Origin: Chrysomallon squamiferum
Lineage: Eukaryota; Animalia; Mollusca
Assembly: GCA_012295275.1 (NCBI GenBank)
Contig: CM022667.1
Location: 9,796,001 to 9,860,000 of the forward strand
Length of the DNA stretch: 64,000 nucleotides
Direction: 5' to 3'
Positions 17,534-32,807 of the stretch are shown here, in pieces. Each line of letters opens with the position of its first letter. Within the stretch, counting starts at the first letter, position 1. The translations under genes were made by a program, and so were the position numbers. The notes below the pieces were generated by a model that ran no database searches, was not told the DNA's origin, and was given only the letters and a program-made list of their open reading frames with translations.

Positions 17534-18140
17534 CGATGCTGGCATCGAAACCTCCCAGATATTCTGACGTCATGAACTGTTGCGTCACTGACGTTTTGCC
17601 CACGCCGGGACTTCCGAGGACTAACACCCGGAATGCGACGGGTGCAAACGCGGAGCCGGTGCTGTTGGCTAGACTGCTCTGCGACAGCGAGCTCGAGGAA
17701 GGAGACAGCGGGGTCAGCTCCGTCATGCTTCCGCTTCCGGAGGAGATGATGCTGTTGGTACTCCGCGATCTCAGCGAGTCGCCGCGGTTGACGAGGACCC
17801 CCTTCGACGTCGTCACGAACGACCGGCATGTGTAGACGTCGTCGTCGGCGCTGCACGGGGAGAGGTACTGGATGTACGGTCGTCGGAGCTGGTTGCGACT
17901 GGGCAGGCTGCTCGTTCTCGGTCGCATGTCTTCCAGCTCCACGTTCTCCAGGTGACGTCGCTTCGGCTTCTTCAACGACGTCGCCCTCTTCTTCGGCGTC
18001 GGGCTGATGCTGTGCATGATGACGGACCTGTTTGGGCTGACGTTGTGCAGAGAACCGCCCGGCATGTCGACGTAGCCGCTGTTTCTGTTGACCGTGTCCA
18101 AGTCGCTGAAACGTCCGTAACTTTCCAGCTTTCCAGTCAT
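17534..18140 (-). CDS. RGK-family small GTPase (Rad/Gem/Rem-like), first coding exon; remaining exons not found in window
   Basis: ATG at 18140-18138 opens a 607-nt GC-rich exon ending at G|GTAAGT (donor 17533, phase 1). It encodes a long Ser-rich N-terminal extension with RPRTSSLP and RSFVTTSKGVLVNRGDSLRSRS, then FRVLVLGSPGVGKTSVTQQF. This P-loop has Pro at the Ras-G12 position, as in Rad/Rem. No downstream G-domain exon was found in 1-17533. Confidence 0.85.
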
Positions 18141-18559
18141 AGCATCGTTACACAGATTCCTGTCTTTGTATTAATTTATTTATTAATATTATTTTAACTT
18201 TAACTCAGTCCAACTGTTCCTGCTTATTCAAAAATTCAAAAAACCAGATTCTGGCAGTAACTTCCTTCAACGGAAGATTCTGCAGCCCCCCATAAAAAAT
18301 GTCCTTTAAAAATTAAAATCCATTAACGAGATTCAGTTTTAGGCAACAACAACAAAAACAACAACAAAAAAGCCTTCTTCCTATAACAAAAGGCTTCAGT
18401 TTTAATTAAAATCAAACAAACTTGTTGTGATGTATTTCAAAATCTACGCAGTCGGTCCAATTTGCCTTCCTAAACTAAACTGCTACAAGGCACTACCATC
18501 CGCGTAGGAATATTAAAAAGCAACATTAAACATTTTAAAACGCAGTCTTTAAATAAATA

Positions 18560-19000
18560 TATATTTACAATTACGAAGACGCCTAGATGAGCGTACTGTT
18601 TCAGTCGCTAGGCATTCAAATCAGCGAATCTCTTTTCACGTCTCATTTCACTGGTTTTCTTTCGAGGCTCGCGGTTGGTTAACACATTTCATACTCTCGC
18701 ACCGCTGCTTTACACACTTTACAATACAGAGGGCGGGGCCAAGCAGATGATTGAAGAACTGGTAAACGGAGAAATACTGAGAAAAGAGCGAAACCAACGC
18801 GCGACTGCTGACAATGGTCGATAGAAGCAGATATCATCTCTGTGTTCTAGCGCTCTGAAACAAGCGCGGTTACAGGCAGAGGTCGATGCAACGAGCTATC
18901 GGTTCGCTGTTCCAGAGCGCTGAAGAAAGGCGAAACGAACAGAACTATTGACAGAGGTCGATAGACCGGGGCGCACGTCTGCTGGCCCGACAACCGTGGG
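18560..19000 (-). promoter_or_regulatory. Probable CpG-rich promoter region of the RGK gene
   Basis: GC- and CpG-enriched non-repetitive stretch 0.4-0.9 kb upstream of the ATG, with a GC box GGGCGGGG at 18731-18738. Confidence 0.45.
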
Positions 19001-19150
19001 AATAAAGCATTTTTTAAATATTTTTTATTATTGATATTAGTGTCACGGGAAATGAAATAACTGTGTGTTTTATGTTTCTCGCTTTCTTTTGCCAGTATGA
19101 TGAGAATGGAACTTGATTGATGATACGCGAATATCTGAAGTATGTATGTA

Positions 19151-19226
<76 letters not shown>

Positions 19227-20530
19227 ACAATAAAAAATATACGAAGTATATTTGTTGAAGTTTGTGTATATTTCTGATATATCTGTGTATGTATATACTT
19301 AGGGATGAATATTCTCTGTCGTATGTAAAACATCTGATTAGACTGCACATAGACAATATTTATCTATACATATCCATGTGTGTGCTTATATGTATGTATG
19401 TGTGTGTGTGTATCTATGTATATATGTATGTATGTGTGCATGTATGCATGTATATATATATGTATGTAGTATGTGTATGTATGTATGTATGTATGTATGT
19501 ATGTATGTACAAGCCCTGGTTCATGTTTGTGTAAGGCGAGTCAAATGAACGATATTACATCTAAATTGCCGTGTACGTTTTCTTTGAATGTGTGATGTAG
19601 ACTAGTTTATTAGGTCAAAGTTCATAATTACCCACCCGAACAATCTGATAATATGTTAGTATTAGTAATAGTAGTAATAGTAACAGGAGTAACAGAAGTA
19701 ATAGCAGTAGTAGCAAGAATTGAAGTAGTAGTAATAGTAGTACTGGAAGTAAAGTGTTAACAAAAACGGTAGTAGTAACAGTAGTAGTAATAGTAGTAGT
19801 AATAGTAGTAGTAGTAGCTGTAGGAACATCAGAAATATTAATTAACATCAATAATTCAACGCTGTTGAAATAACTAGTAAACCTAGCAAACCTTGTGTCC
19901 GTTCTTGTTTGAAATATCTGACAAAATGATGTTCAGGAATACAAAATGATGTTCAGGAAGACATCCTGTCGAGGTCAGAAACACACAAAAATACAAATAA
20001 CCTTATAAAAACATCTGTAGATAGATATATGGATCGATCAGTCGATAGACAGATAAAAAGAAACATGTATACATACATACATACTTTTATATACCCTTAT
20101 GTTACATACATACTTATATACGTATAGAGACATACAGACATATACATACATATACACATTACAGATAGACAGACAGTAAGATAGATAGATAGATAGAAAA
20201 ATAGATACATACATATACATGTTAATACATACATTTATAGAGAAATACTTAAATGGAAACACACACAGACACACACATACGCACGTCAATCTGGAAGTTT
20301 ATTTTGATCAAAACCATGCTAAAAAGTCATTCACATACCTAACATAGCTATCAAGAAACCTTACAGCTCACCGTGTTCTTTGATCTTATTACATTAATAT
20401 TTACACGTCGTAAATACAGAGAATCAGCAGCCCATATCATAATCGGATTAGATTAGATTTTTTTTTTTTTTTTTTTTTTTAAATGGTCAGACAGTAAAGG
20501 GATAGAGGGAGAGGCAGTCTGTGTGTGTGT

Positions 20531-20612
<82 letters not shown>

Positions 20613-20750
20613 GAGAACGAGAGTTAAGTTAAAGCAATGAGAGAAAGAGTTGAGAGAGAAAGAAAGAAAAAAAGGAAAGTGATGGAAGAATAGATGGAAG
20701 AGAGATGGAAAACAATACTCAGATAGATAGATAGATAGATAGATAGGTTG

Positions 20751-20862
<112 letters not shown>

Positions 20863-21460
20863 AAGAGCAGGACGAAGACAAACGAGAAGATCACTGACAT
20901 CTGGTAATGGACTGAAGATCAGAATTTCCGGGCTGACTGACATACACCGCGGGGTAAATTAGATAATGGAACTGACGTGAAGAACGTAGATTCATTCCGC
21001 TGTCTACGCGAGTCCACACGCTTTACAAATAGCCTGAACAGCTTTTTATAGAGACCCTCTCAACACCGAGCAGATTAATTTCGTTTGATTTTTATCTTCT
21101 ATTTTGTCTAATTCTTTTCGTTTCGTTTTAATTTTTATTTCTTTAACTTCTTTTTTTTTTTTTTATCTTACAGTGATAAAAATTGTTCTTGTTTTTTCGA
21201 TTTCCTTACATCGTTCTATTTCATTTATTATTTTAATTTCTGTCTTAGAGTTGTTGTTGTTGTTTTTTGTTGTTTTTTTTTAATAATTTTATATGATATA
21301 TATTTAAAGTGAAAGAAAAAATACAGTTATAAGGAAATGTATTCCTTTCTTCTTCTTCTTCTTTTTTTTTATTTTTTAATTTCTTTTATTATTATTATTA
21401 TTATAATTTTTTTTTTTCTTGTTACATGTTTAACTAGAGTTTAATCATTTAGAAACAAAA

Positions 21461-21537
<77 letters not shown>

Positions 21538-22102
21538 GTACAGCTAACATCTAGTGATATGTTTAATATTTAATACATTTTTACCATGAACGTTTAATCT
21601 GATACATGACATCGATTAGTTATACTGTCACATTTGTTTTTCCAAATCAACGACTTTACAGATATTAATAACGGTTTGATGCAATATTACTATTGAAAAT
21701 GCTTTTAAGAAAACTGCTATTAAAGTACATATTAAAATTTAAATGGAATGTTAGGTCAACGACCTCGTAACTTCGATTCATTTAACAAATTGTTTTCCTT
21801 TCTTTGTGAACTGTGACGTTTTATGATCGGCCATTCACGTCATAATTTCGCATTTGATTACACATTCTTCACGCATTTGTAATGTGACTTAATTCATTTA
21901 ATACACACATACAATAATGACTGAACATTTGTTTTTATTATTGTTATCGAGAAGCGATAAATAAAAAAAATAAAAATATAATGAAAAATTAAATATTAAA
22001 AATTAAAAAAAGGAATCAGTATCTCATAAATTAAATATATTTCACGTTCTTGGCTTCAGGGGCGAACCAGTAAAAAGGAGATGGTTTCATCATAAAATTT
22101 AA

Positions 22103-22165
<63 letters not shown>

Positions 22166-22181
22166 AAGAAAAAATAAATAA

Positions 22182-22254
<73 letters not shown>

Positions 22255-23936
22255 TGCGTTGACAAAATAAAATGGCGAAATGCCGAATACAAAATTCGCG
22301 TTCGTGTTTAGAGAATACTTATTATCTGGTAGTGTAACAAGTAATATTATAAACTCATTTCGAAGTAACTTAATGTAAGAGTCAAAGTTACGAGTGTTAA
22401 AGTTGTTTAAATTATTTATTTTTACTGATTAGTTTTGTTACGAGTATTATTAATAATTTATGTAAGATTATAGCACTACGTAAGTGTAGCTAAATACTGT
22501 TGAACCTTTATGTCACGGGATAATAACACAGGGGAGCACCGGTGCGGAAAAAAAGCACACACCCTGACCAATTCATGAATTACAGATGGCTCCTGTTGTT
22601 TCTGGAAATTTTGTGCTTAGGACTTAAAGGAACCATAGTGTCATTTAAACGGAAACCGATTTGCTCGTAACTCGGAGAGACGTAGAAAAAAAAAAAAAAT
22701 GAAAAAAAAAATGAAAATTACAAATACTTTTTGTTTCCTACATCAAAAAAAAAAAAAAACGTATATTGTGCCACAGTTGTTATATATTCAGATATTATTC
22801 TGTGCCTGAGAAAGTAATAATAATAATGATAACAATAATAACAATAACAGAACTAAAGGAAAAGAAATAATATTGTTTTAGAACAAAAAATGTAAATCAT
22901 TTAATTTGGATTAATAAATTAATTTAAGTTTCAAGGGTAAGATTAAACTGAAAATTAATAAGATAAATTTATTTTAAATTTAAGGATATATTTGGCGTCT
23001 GGAAAATGTTTTATTTTGTTTTGTTTGTTTGTTCTTTAAATGAGAAGAACCCCGCTGGAGTCATTCCTTCGGCTATTCTTGCTGAAAAACAAACAAAACT
23101 ACCACAAATAAATTTAATAAACCACCATCGTCACAATCAACTTTATAGGTAACAATGTTGAAACAACCTGTCATCAACTATCGATTTGATCGATTTTCCA
23201 AATTTGCAAAAACATCGTTAGTCATTGTTAAACAAGTGAAAAGAGATGTAAATAAAACCCCAGAGGAAGATATCAGATATACAACAACAGACAAAGACCT
23301 ATTAAAAATTAAACAGGACAAAAATCGTAATTATATTTCACCAAATGTTATTTGACTGAACTTTTTATACCGTCCGCATAAGTGTTTTGTAGATCGAAAA
23401 CAGTCTATTTTTCAAGACACCGTCGAAAACAAAAAGCAAAAAAAAAAAAAAAAGAAAAAGCAATCATCATGAAGCCGGTTTGTACAGAGTCGTCAACACG
23501 TTATCATTCGAAGCATCTGTAAGATAAAGTTTTAACTACAGTACTTGGTAAATATTTAATAATTCGAGTCCATAGAATACTTCTTCTGTGTTTACCCTGC
23601 AAGCACTGCTTCGGAAATAAATCGTTAACGTGAAATACTATAGATGTAAAATTGAGAATGAAAAAAAAAAAAAAAAAAAAAAAAGGAAAAGGCTGATTGT
23701 TATCAAATAACTGCAACGGAAGCTGGAAAAGAGTAAATAATACGAGGTTTGACGAAGCAGTGGACGTATTACAGGACTTAATGATGAAAAGCAGGAGCAC
23801 ATCACTCTCGTAGTTAAAGATTGTTATCGTAAAACGGTGAAATCTAAAAATAGTTCGTTTTAAAAAAAAAAAAAAGAATAATAAAACAGTCTTGTATGAC
23901 AACAGCGACACCACCATCAACAAGAACAACAACAGC

Positions 23937-23967
<31 letters not shown>

Positions 23968-25249
23968 TACCAAAAATAATAGCAACAGAAATATTAACAG
24001 TATTAATACAATACCAATAAAAAAAAAAAAAAAAAAAAAATACTACAATAATAACAATAACAGTTACAGAACAACAGCGACAACAACGACAACAAAAAAA
24101 AAAACAACTACATAATAATAATAATAAATGATAGTGTTGGCATTGATGATTGTAAGACTATATTATGCAATTATACAGATATATTAATAAAAATAGATTA
24201 AAATAATTATAGTAATAAAATTCTGATTTTTCATTAAGAATTTAAATAGAGACTGTTGGTATACTGATAAATTATTTCTTCTAAAAGACATAAAATAAAA
24301 TGTATTTAATTGTTTGTTTGTTTGTCATTACTGTTATTTGTTATTTTTGCTGATTTTTCTTTCTATCAGCGCAAAATTTTTAAATACCTTTACTAAAATA
24401 TTTCAGTGAGGTAAATATTTATCATTCAGAAATCTTTAATTATAAACGAATTTAATCGAATTTATTTCAAGAAATAAAGAAGAAAAATTAAGTCAATTGT
24501 CAAATATCAAAGAAAGAAAAGGAATATATATTTTTTCAATTTATTATTTATATATTAATGTTTTTTTCTTATTATTTAATCTTTCATTTATAATTTTATT
24601 TATTTATTTATTTACTTATTATTATTACTACTACTACTACTACTACTATTATTACTATTATTTATTTATTTATTTATTTAGTGGTTCTGTTATTTTATTT
24701 TATTTTACTGTTTCCTTATTTAGGGTTTTTGTTGTTGTTGTTTTAAATTTAAACATAGAAGAATACTTACACGCACTAACACATACACACTTGAGTCCAC
24801 GCACACGAACACACACACAAATGCAATCAAACTAAGTTAAACATTTTAAATATGCCTTTATATATTTGTACATAGACTTAATAATCATTAATTTAACTTT
24901 TTATTTCAAAAATATTTTGCTTTAATATTTATTATTGTTACTGCATACACTGAGTTTTTCTGGGGGTTTTCATCGTATATATTTCGTGAATTTCTCAGAG
25001 TACTATTATACCAAAATTATGTTTTCAAAAATAGCTTACTTTTTATTAAAATTCCATTTAAAACAGTATTTAAAATATTTTTGTCTTAAAAATCGATTTT
25101 ACATTTTCTATATCATGTGTGCATTAATTCTCACATTCGGGGTTAAAGGGTTCGTCTCACAGTGTAGGAAAATACTACAGACACAAATAGACGAGTAATC
25201 GACACTATGTCAAAGCGTAGTATGTTGATTTTACTCGGTGTAAGAAAAA

Positions 25250-28200
25250 ATGGCAGTCCACGAATCATACCTGCTGTAAGTGGGAGGTTTTTAATTTAAA
25301 CAGACACGTTACATCTGGTTTTTCAGTTTCTGCTTAGATTATTTCCTTTAGAGTTGAAGTTATTTTATTTTTATAAAATTTAAAATATTCGTCACAGAGA
25401 TTTAAAGAGAATTTCTGTCTAAACGTCAAATTCTTATTCAGAATTCTGAATCGGTGAATCATCCTACCGAATGAACAGTGGACTATCGGCTGATTATTCC
25501 ATTTCTGAATAATTAAAACTAATGAAGTAATGTGTATAGCCAATGAATAAAAGATAATATCTAATGCACATTGCTTTTGTAATATTTGGTATGCAATATG
25601 TTTCATTTTACTGATTCTGGTATTGTGATACTGATAGTATATTCCGTTTTCTTCGTACAAAAAAGTTACGAATACATGAATATTGTATTTAAATCACATG
25701 TCATCAGTTTGAATGTTACATTGTTATATATGTAGTTGGATACATATTCTGTTACACAATAAGTTGAGTAACATTTCGCAGATTGCATCATAATCATAAT
25801 GCATTTATAAGTTAATTGATATTATATTTTGATACTTTGATATGTTAATTATGTCCTTTTATAACAGTTTAGAAACAGTATATATAATGAGTGACTAAAA
25901 ATGATTTATTTGACTAATATTATTTTTGACTTAATACTGACTGCAGTAAAAGCTCAGATGATTTCTTTGTTATCATTCACATTAAAATTTATTTTTAAAA
26001 AAAGAATGAAAAATGAAATTTGTACAAAAACACTAACAAATAATATCTCAGATTGCTTGGCCTTGAGAATTATAATGTCTGAATATACCAGTATTTCACA
26101 ATAATATAGTGAAGCTTAGAAATATACATTCAAGTGGTTAGAGCACTTCCATGATATGTCACATTACATATAACAAAAAACCCCATAAACTTTATTTTAA
26201 GATGTTATTTATTTTATTTTATTTTATTTATTTATTTTTCAGTCATATTACGTCAGATAAGTTTATCATTGAACCAAGAGATGATGGAGTTAATGAACTA
26301 CTTGTGATAGACAGAGTCACTCAGGAAATCTCACTGACAGGTACATACTAGATATAAATAAATTATATATATATATATATATGTATGTTTATTATTTACA
26401 ATAATTAATGTCAGTGTAATTGTACAAAATCTACATAGATATGTAAAAGTGTTTTTTTAATTTATAGTCTCCATCCAAAGATACTAAACATAGATAGATG
26501 TAAAAATATTTATTAATGTACATCCAATGCTACTATATTAACTGATTTGTTAAAAATATTTTTATAATGTACTTCCAAATAGTGCTAGATTTTTAAACAT
26601 ATGTAAAAGTGTTTATTATTTATAATGTACTTCCAAGTGATACTAGATTTTTAAAAATATGTAAAAGTGTTTATTATTTATAATGTACTTCCAAGTGATA
26701 CTAGATGTTTAAATATATGTGAAAGTGTGTATTATTTAGAATGTATATTTAGTGGTGCTAAACCTGTAGAGGTATGTAAAAATATTTATTAGTTGTGGAA
26801 TGCAACATTACATGCAATCAGTAATATAATTTCTTTTTTTTTTGTTTCAGCTAATGATGGGCAAATCCCAGCCTCAGCCATCACAAAAACAATATTTGGA
26901 ATTTTTGGAATAATTAGATTAGTGGCAGGTTCGTTGTTTGTTTTTTTTTTTTTTTTTTTTTTAAATTTGTCAGTAAATGATACCAAATCTGTAATTTACT
27001 TTATTTATACTTTATTTCAACTCTTATTAATGCTATAATAACAACAATAATGGTAATAATAATGACATAACAAGTAACAGAATGTGTAAATTAACAGTGT
27101 ACTGTGTAAAATCATCATTAAATTAACGTACACTCAATTAATGTGTGGCAAGAATCGGAGGAAAATGCAACAGTTGCCTCCCTTTGACAGCAAATGCTCA
27201 TAACTAACAGTCTGATGAGAGTCAGTGAGTAATTAAGGAGTTTTAATGTCACTGCTGAAATCTTTAACCCATTTGCAATGAACTTGTTTAGTTATAATTT
27301 AATTTAATATATTTATAATTTATGTAAGGAAACTGTAACCATTTCAAACATACATTTTTCGAATACTTTCAAATTCTTGCATGCACACACACACACACAC
27401 ACACACACAGTTAATTTGCTACATAGGTTTCTGCTGGTTTTTATTTATTTCTCTAATTATTATTATTATTATTATAATATATTAAATTTTCTAAACTGTG
27501 TATCCAGGGCCATACCTGATTGTAATTACTAAGAAGGTGAAGGTCGGAGAGATAGACAGTCACGCAATATGGCAGATTGTCGACACAGAAGTACATTCTT
27601 ACAAGAGAACAGTGTTCCATCTCAATGAAAGTCAGGTAAATGTATTTTTATCTTTAAACATAACAATAATAATAGTAATAAGAAGAAAAGTAAGAAAAAT
27701 AAGAATAGTGAAAAGAAGAATAGCAATAGCAATAATAATAATAATAACAGCAATAATAATAGCAATAATGATAATAATGATAATAGCAACAACAACAACA
27801 ATAATAATAATAGCAATAATAATAGCAATATTAATAGTAATAATAATAATATTAATAATAAATAAACAGATAACATTGTTGGTAATGAAGCAATCAAAAA
27901 TAAGAACATCCATTAATAACACAAATTTATGGATGTGAAATATTCTTTGTTGTTTTTTATGTGTGTCTGTGTGTATGTAGAGATGTCTATATATAATGTG
28001 ATTGTGTGTGTTTGTGAGTGTATTTTTGTATGGTTGTACAATAATATTCATAATATATATATATATATAGATATAGATATTATTTTTATTATTTTTATTA
28101 TAAAAATAAAATATATTTATTGTTATTTTTTCTCTGTGTATATTTAGTTATTTATTTTTTTATTTTATTTTATTTTATTTTATTTTTTCATAGCAAGCCC

Positions 28201-28702
28201 ACAACAGAACATATTTGGCCATGTTGGAATATATTCTGAAAACTGAATATTTCTACTTTTCCACAACCTTTGACATCAGCCACACTCTACAAAGACTGAG
28301 TAACACCAGTCCTGATTTCCATACATTGGCTATGCATGAACGAGTAAGATCATGTTTTAATTTTTCTTTCTTTTTTCTTTTTCCTTCTTTCCTTCCTCTT
28401 TCTTCTCTTTTCTTCATGTCTGGTCATATGTTGATTCATTATAAACGTTTTGAAAAAATGGGTCATCTTTTTCAAATTTGTATTTTTTTTTGAACTCACT
28501 TAATAAATTAAAATAGCACACAGAACAAATTTAAAATAGCTTTAACATTGCTTGTCTGTCATCTAATTTACTGAATGAAATTGTTTTCAATTGAAAATTA
28601 ATTAAAAAGCAAACAGATATTTATTAAATATATAAATACATAAATAGGCTTATCCATACAGATATAGATATAAAAATAAATAAGACAGATAGACAGACAG
28701 AC

Positions 28703-28739
<37 letters not shown>

Positions 28740-31063
28740 TTAAGGAAAAACAAACCCAAAAATCAAATGTATTGAAGCATGTATGTATTTGACTTGGAAA
28801 AATCACTTTTTTATCTAATCTGTGACGTATTCATAATTTATGAGACCGAAATTATTCCTGAAAAACATTCTTATCATTCACAAACTTTTTGATGCAAAAA
28901 CATGTCTGTAATAAAAATAATTTGTGTTTGTTACCAGCCTAATAGCAAGTTAAATCACTTCATATGCATCTACAACAGTGGGCGGGGTTTTTTAGTTCAG
29001 AAATAACCCAGAACAAATAGTGTATTAATCATTAGTTAACTTTAGAATTTGGGTAGGCTGTGATTTGAGTACATGCAGACAAATCAATACTGACCGATAT
29101 TTAAAAACGTTTAACTAAAACAAAAAAAGTAGACAATATTAGTAGTCGTGGAAATTAAGGGTTTGAAAGAAGATGTTTAATAAAGTTTAACTAACAACAT
29201 AGAAACTTGTGCAGTTTCTGACAAATGGCTCTTAGAAAAACAGAACAAAAAAAGGTCAAAGAAATTAAGAAAGGTTTCACATTTGTTATCACTCAAAATT
29301 GGTATAAAATACTTGTTTACATGCAAAAGTAAGTTAAAAAATAAGTGCTTTTTATTTTTTTGTTTATGTTGTCCTCTCATACCATCATTTTTAGCTTTCT
29401 GTAACATTCATTATATATAACAACAACATTACAAATACAGTATATTTGTCAGAAATTATTATTATCAACAAATTTAAAACAATTTTGTAGACATGCTGAA
29501 ATGGAAATGGTGTCTTACCCCCAAAAAATTTGGGGTGGGGGGGCCTGATGTGGATAATGTCATAAATGAGCGATTTTTCTGAGAGGGACAAATATGAATG
29601 ATATGTGACCAATCGGCCAAAATAAAAATAAAACTTTCCAGGCTTGGTAGTTGGTATAGTTACATCACAGAATAGATTAAATTTTATTACAAAACTAGCT
29701 CCAGAACGCTTCATTTCGTTTCTTATTACAAAGGTTGTCCAGTTTGATTTTAAAATTTCTGCTTGTTAAATACTGCATCAGTCTCTGTTTTAAAATAGTT
29801 ACTTATCAAAAAATGTGTCTTCTAATTGTCACTTGTTTGATGTGCATATCAGATGGTTTATAACCGTTTAATTATTGACATAAATGTATTAAATCAGGCT
29901 TACCTAGACTTGTTATTCAAAATCTGTTTAAATAAGTTTAAAAAGGTGTTTTGGTTTAAATGACTGCTGAAAAAAAAGCTATAAATAGTGCACTGTTTGT
30001 TAGCCACACCAAGGATGACAAACTGTTATGTTGTAGGTATTCCTTACACTGGAACAGTTAGGAAAATTATAAATACCTAGTGTTTTCATTGTGAGAAATA
30101 TGAAGCTCACAACAGGAAACAAGACTTTGAATACAGGAGGATGTTTGTAACAATGCTTGAAATCAGAGATTAAGTTTTCATACAGTCACAAAAATACAAA
30201 CGTCATAAGTTTTCACTATTGTGATGTTTATTAGAAAAAAATACATTCACATATATTAATTTTGAATTTGTAATAAAATATAATGGATTTTGAATAAAGG
30301 TAAGATATTCACGTTTTCTCTGAATATTCTGTGATTATAAAAATTAACTTAGTCTTATCCTATCAACCACATAAGTTATGTTAATTTTCTCCAAACCTGA
30401 TATTCAATATATTAAGTTTTATTATTATTATTATTAGTATTATTATTAGACACATGCATACAAACACACAATTTGAGAAGTTTTAACTCTTTATTAATAT
30501 CCAAGTACATATACACACATATATATCTACATTTCAGTAGTTTAGATTTTTGTTGCTGTTGTTGTAATTGTTTTTATATTTTATATAATTTGAAAAGGAA
30601 AAACAAAGAATTTCAGACAACCTCTGTTTCTTTTTGCTTTTGTTTGTTTCTTTTTTCTTTTTTTGTTTACATTTATATTATATCTATTTGAGTGAAAAAA
30701 ACACCTAAAAGAAACATCAAAAAAACTCAACCAACAACATAACAAAGCATATGTCATTTTAATAACAAAATATATATATATATATATTCATTTTAAAGTT
30801 TTAATATTTTGTATCTATTTGAGAAGAAGAAAACAGACGGGAAGAGATAAAAGCACATGCAGTGACATGCGTCTTTGTTTGTTTCAATTTCTAAACAATT
30901 TTGTTTTCCAGGCTGACCAGAGGTTTGTCTGGAATGGCCATGTACTGCGTGAGTTGACCCAGCAACCAGAGTTAGCAAAATACTGTCTTCCTGTTGTGCT
31001 AGGTTGTATCCTCCTCTCTGGCATCTCTCTGGCATCTGTGGTTGTTGTAGTCATGTTTACTGG

Positions 31064-31101
<38 letters not shown>

Positions 31102-31893
31102 TATACACACAATCACATGCACACACATACATATATATAAAAAAAAATGCGTATTTACATGCAGATACCATTATATTTAAAGCCAAATTTTTTTTTAAAT
31201 GTTCTGATATGAAGAAAATTCTTTTGTGTTGTACTTTTGAACAACAAATAAAAAAAGATTTAAAAAAAATATATATATATTAATGATATGGCTTCCTTAA
31301 CTTACAAAAGGTGTGTTTATTAAGTCCTGTAGCATAAACAACAAGCTGTTTGACTACATTTTGATTTCGCGGCGCTGTATCTACAGAGCGGGAACGCGGT
31401 TCTACATGCGGGGTCTGGATGACGAGGGCCAAGTAGCCAATTTTGTAGAGTCGGAACAAATAATTGAGTGCAATGGAAACAAGTGTTCATTTGTACAGGT
31501 ACATTGTCTTCTTCAGCTGTGTCGTTTTCATAGCTAACAGGACATTTAATAGAAAAAAAAAAAAAAAATTAAAACATTATATAGATATATATAGATATGG
31601 ATAGATTATACATGTAGATATAGATAGAGATATAGATTTTTTGTTTATGTAATAAAGTTATCAGATTTTTTTTTTTTTAGAAACAGGAACCAAAAAAAAT
31701 ATCAAAGATTAATTTTTAATTAATATTCTTTATTTTATTTTTTGTTTAGTGATAGATAGATTGCAAAATAACTGATTATGTTTTTCAGATGATATGAACA
31801 AAAATAGATTGTTCCATTTTTTAAATTATTGTTATTTCTCACAACTGTCATTCACATTTTATTCAATAGGTAACAATATAAATATTATATATA

Positions 31894-31929
<36 letters not shown>

Positions 31930-32770
31930 TGTATGTATGTATATACTTAGATATATGCATACATATGTGCATAAATACACATACCTACACAAACACACAC
32001 ACACACACATGCACATACACACATACATATACACACACACACACACATTTACACATATATGCACATGCACACATACATTAGACATAAACATAGTATAGTA
32101 TAGTAATATTATAAATACTTGTTGTACTATTATAAAATTAAGCTGATAAAAGAGAAATCATTTTAATGAATTTTTCAGACAAGAGGATCTATTCCCCTCT
32201 TCTGGTCTCAAAGGCCTGATCTGAAACGGATTCCATTGCCTGTTATATATTCTTCTAAAAGTCACGTGAGTATTTGTAAATCTAACAAATTGTAATTTTA
32301 AAAGTGAATAACAGACTGAGTGAATACGTTTTCAAAATGAATCCTTGTGAACTATTTTAGAGAGGAGAGCACTTAAATGTGTGTGTGTGTGTGTGTGAGT
32401 GTGTTCAAGATAGATACAAATATATGACAATGTCGTGTTCATTTTCAGATGGAAGGGTTTAAAAGGCATTTTGATGATCAAGTATACAACTATGGCAAAC
32501 AGGTTGCAATTAACTTGGTGAGTGTAACCAAAATAGATTTTATATTATTCATTTATTATTTCATTTCATTAATTTAAAAAATAAATAAATAAATAAAATT
32601 CCATAATCAAAAATCAATTTAACAAATCCCAATATACATTTAGTTTTTTTTTCATTGATTTGCTGTCCTTAAAATAAGAAAATTGAAAACAAAAGAAATA
32701 CTGATATATATAAATTACGTCTGTTTTTGTTATTATATTGTATTTTATTATTTAAAAAGTATCTTTGATA

Positions 32771-32807
<37 letters not shown>

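Noticed and set aside
17530-17856. Alternative-frame and antisense ORFs over the RGK exon
   Set aside because: Expected by-products of a GC-rich exon with few stop codons.
22525-22690. GC-richer island resembling a SINE or tRNA head
   Set aside because: No convincing A/B boxes, cloverleaf or terminal repeats could be identified.
26435-26790. Regularly spaced repeats resembling a CRISPR array (also 56255-56620)
   Set aside because: Eukaryotic intronic minisatellites: whole units repeat, with no unique spacers and no cas genes.
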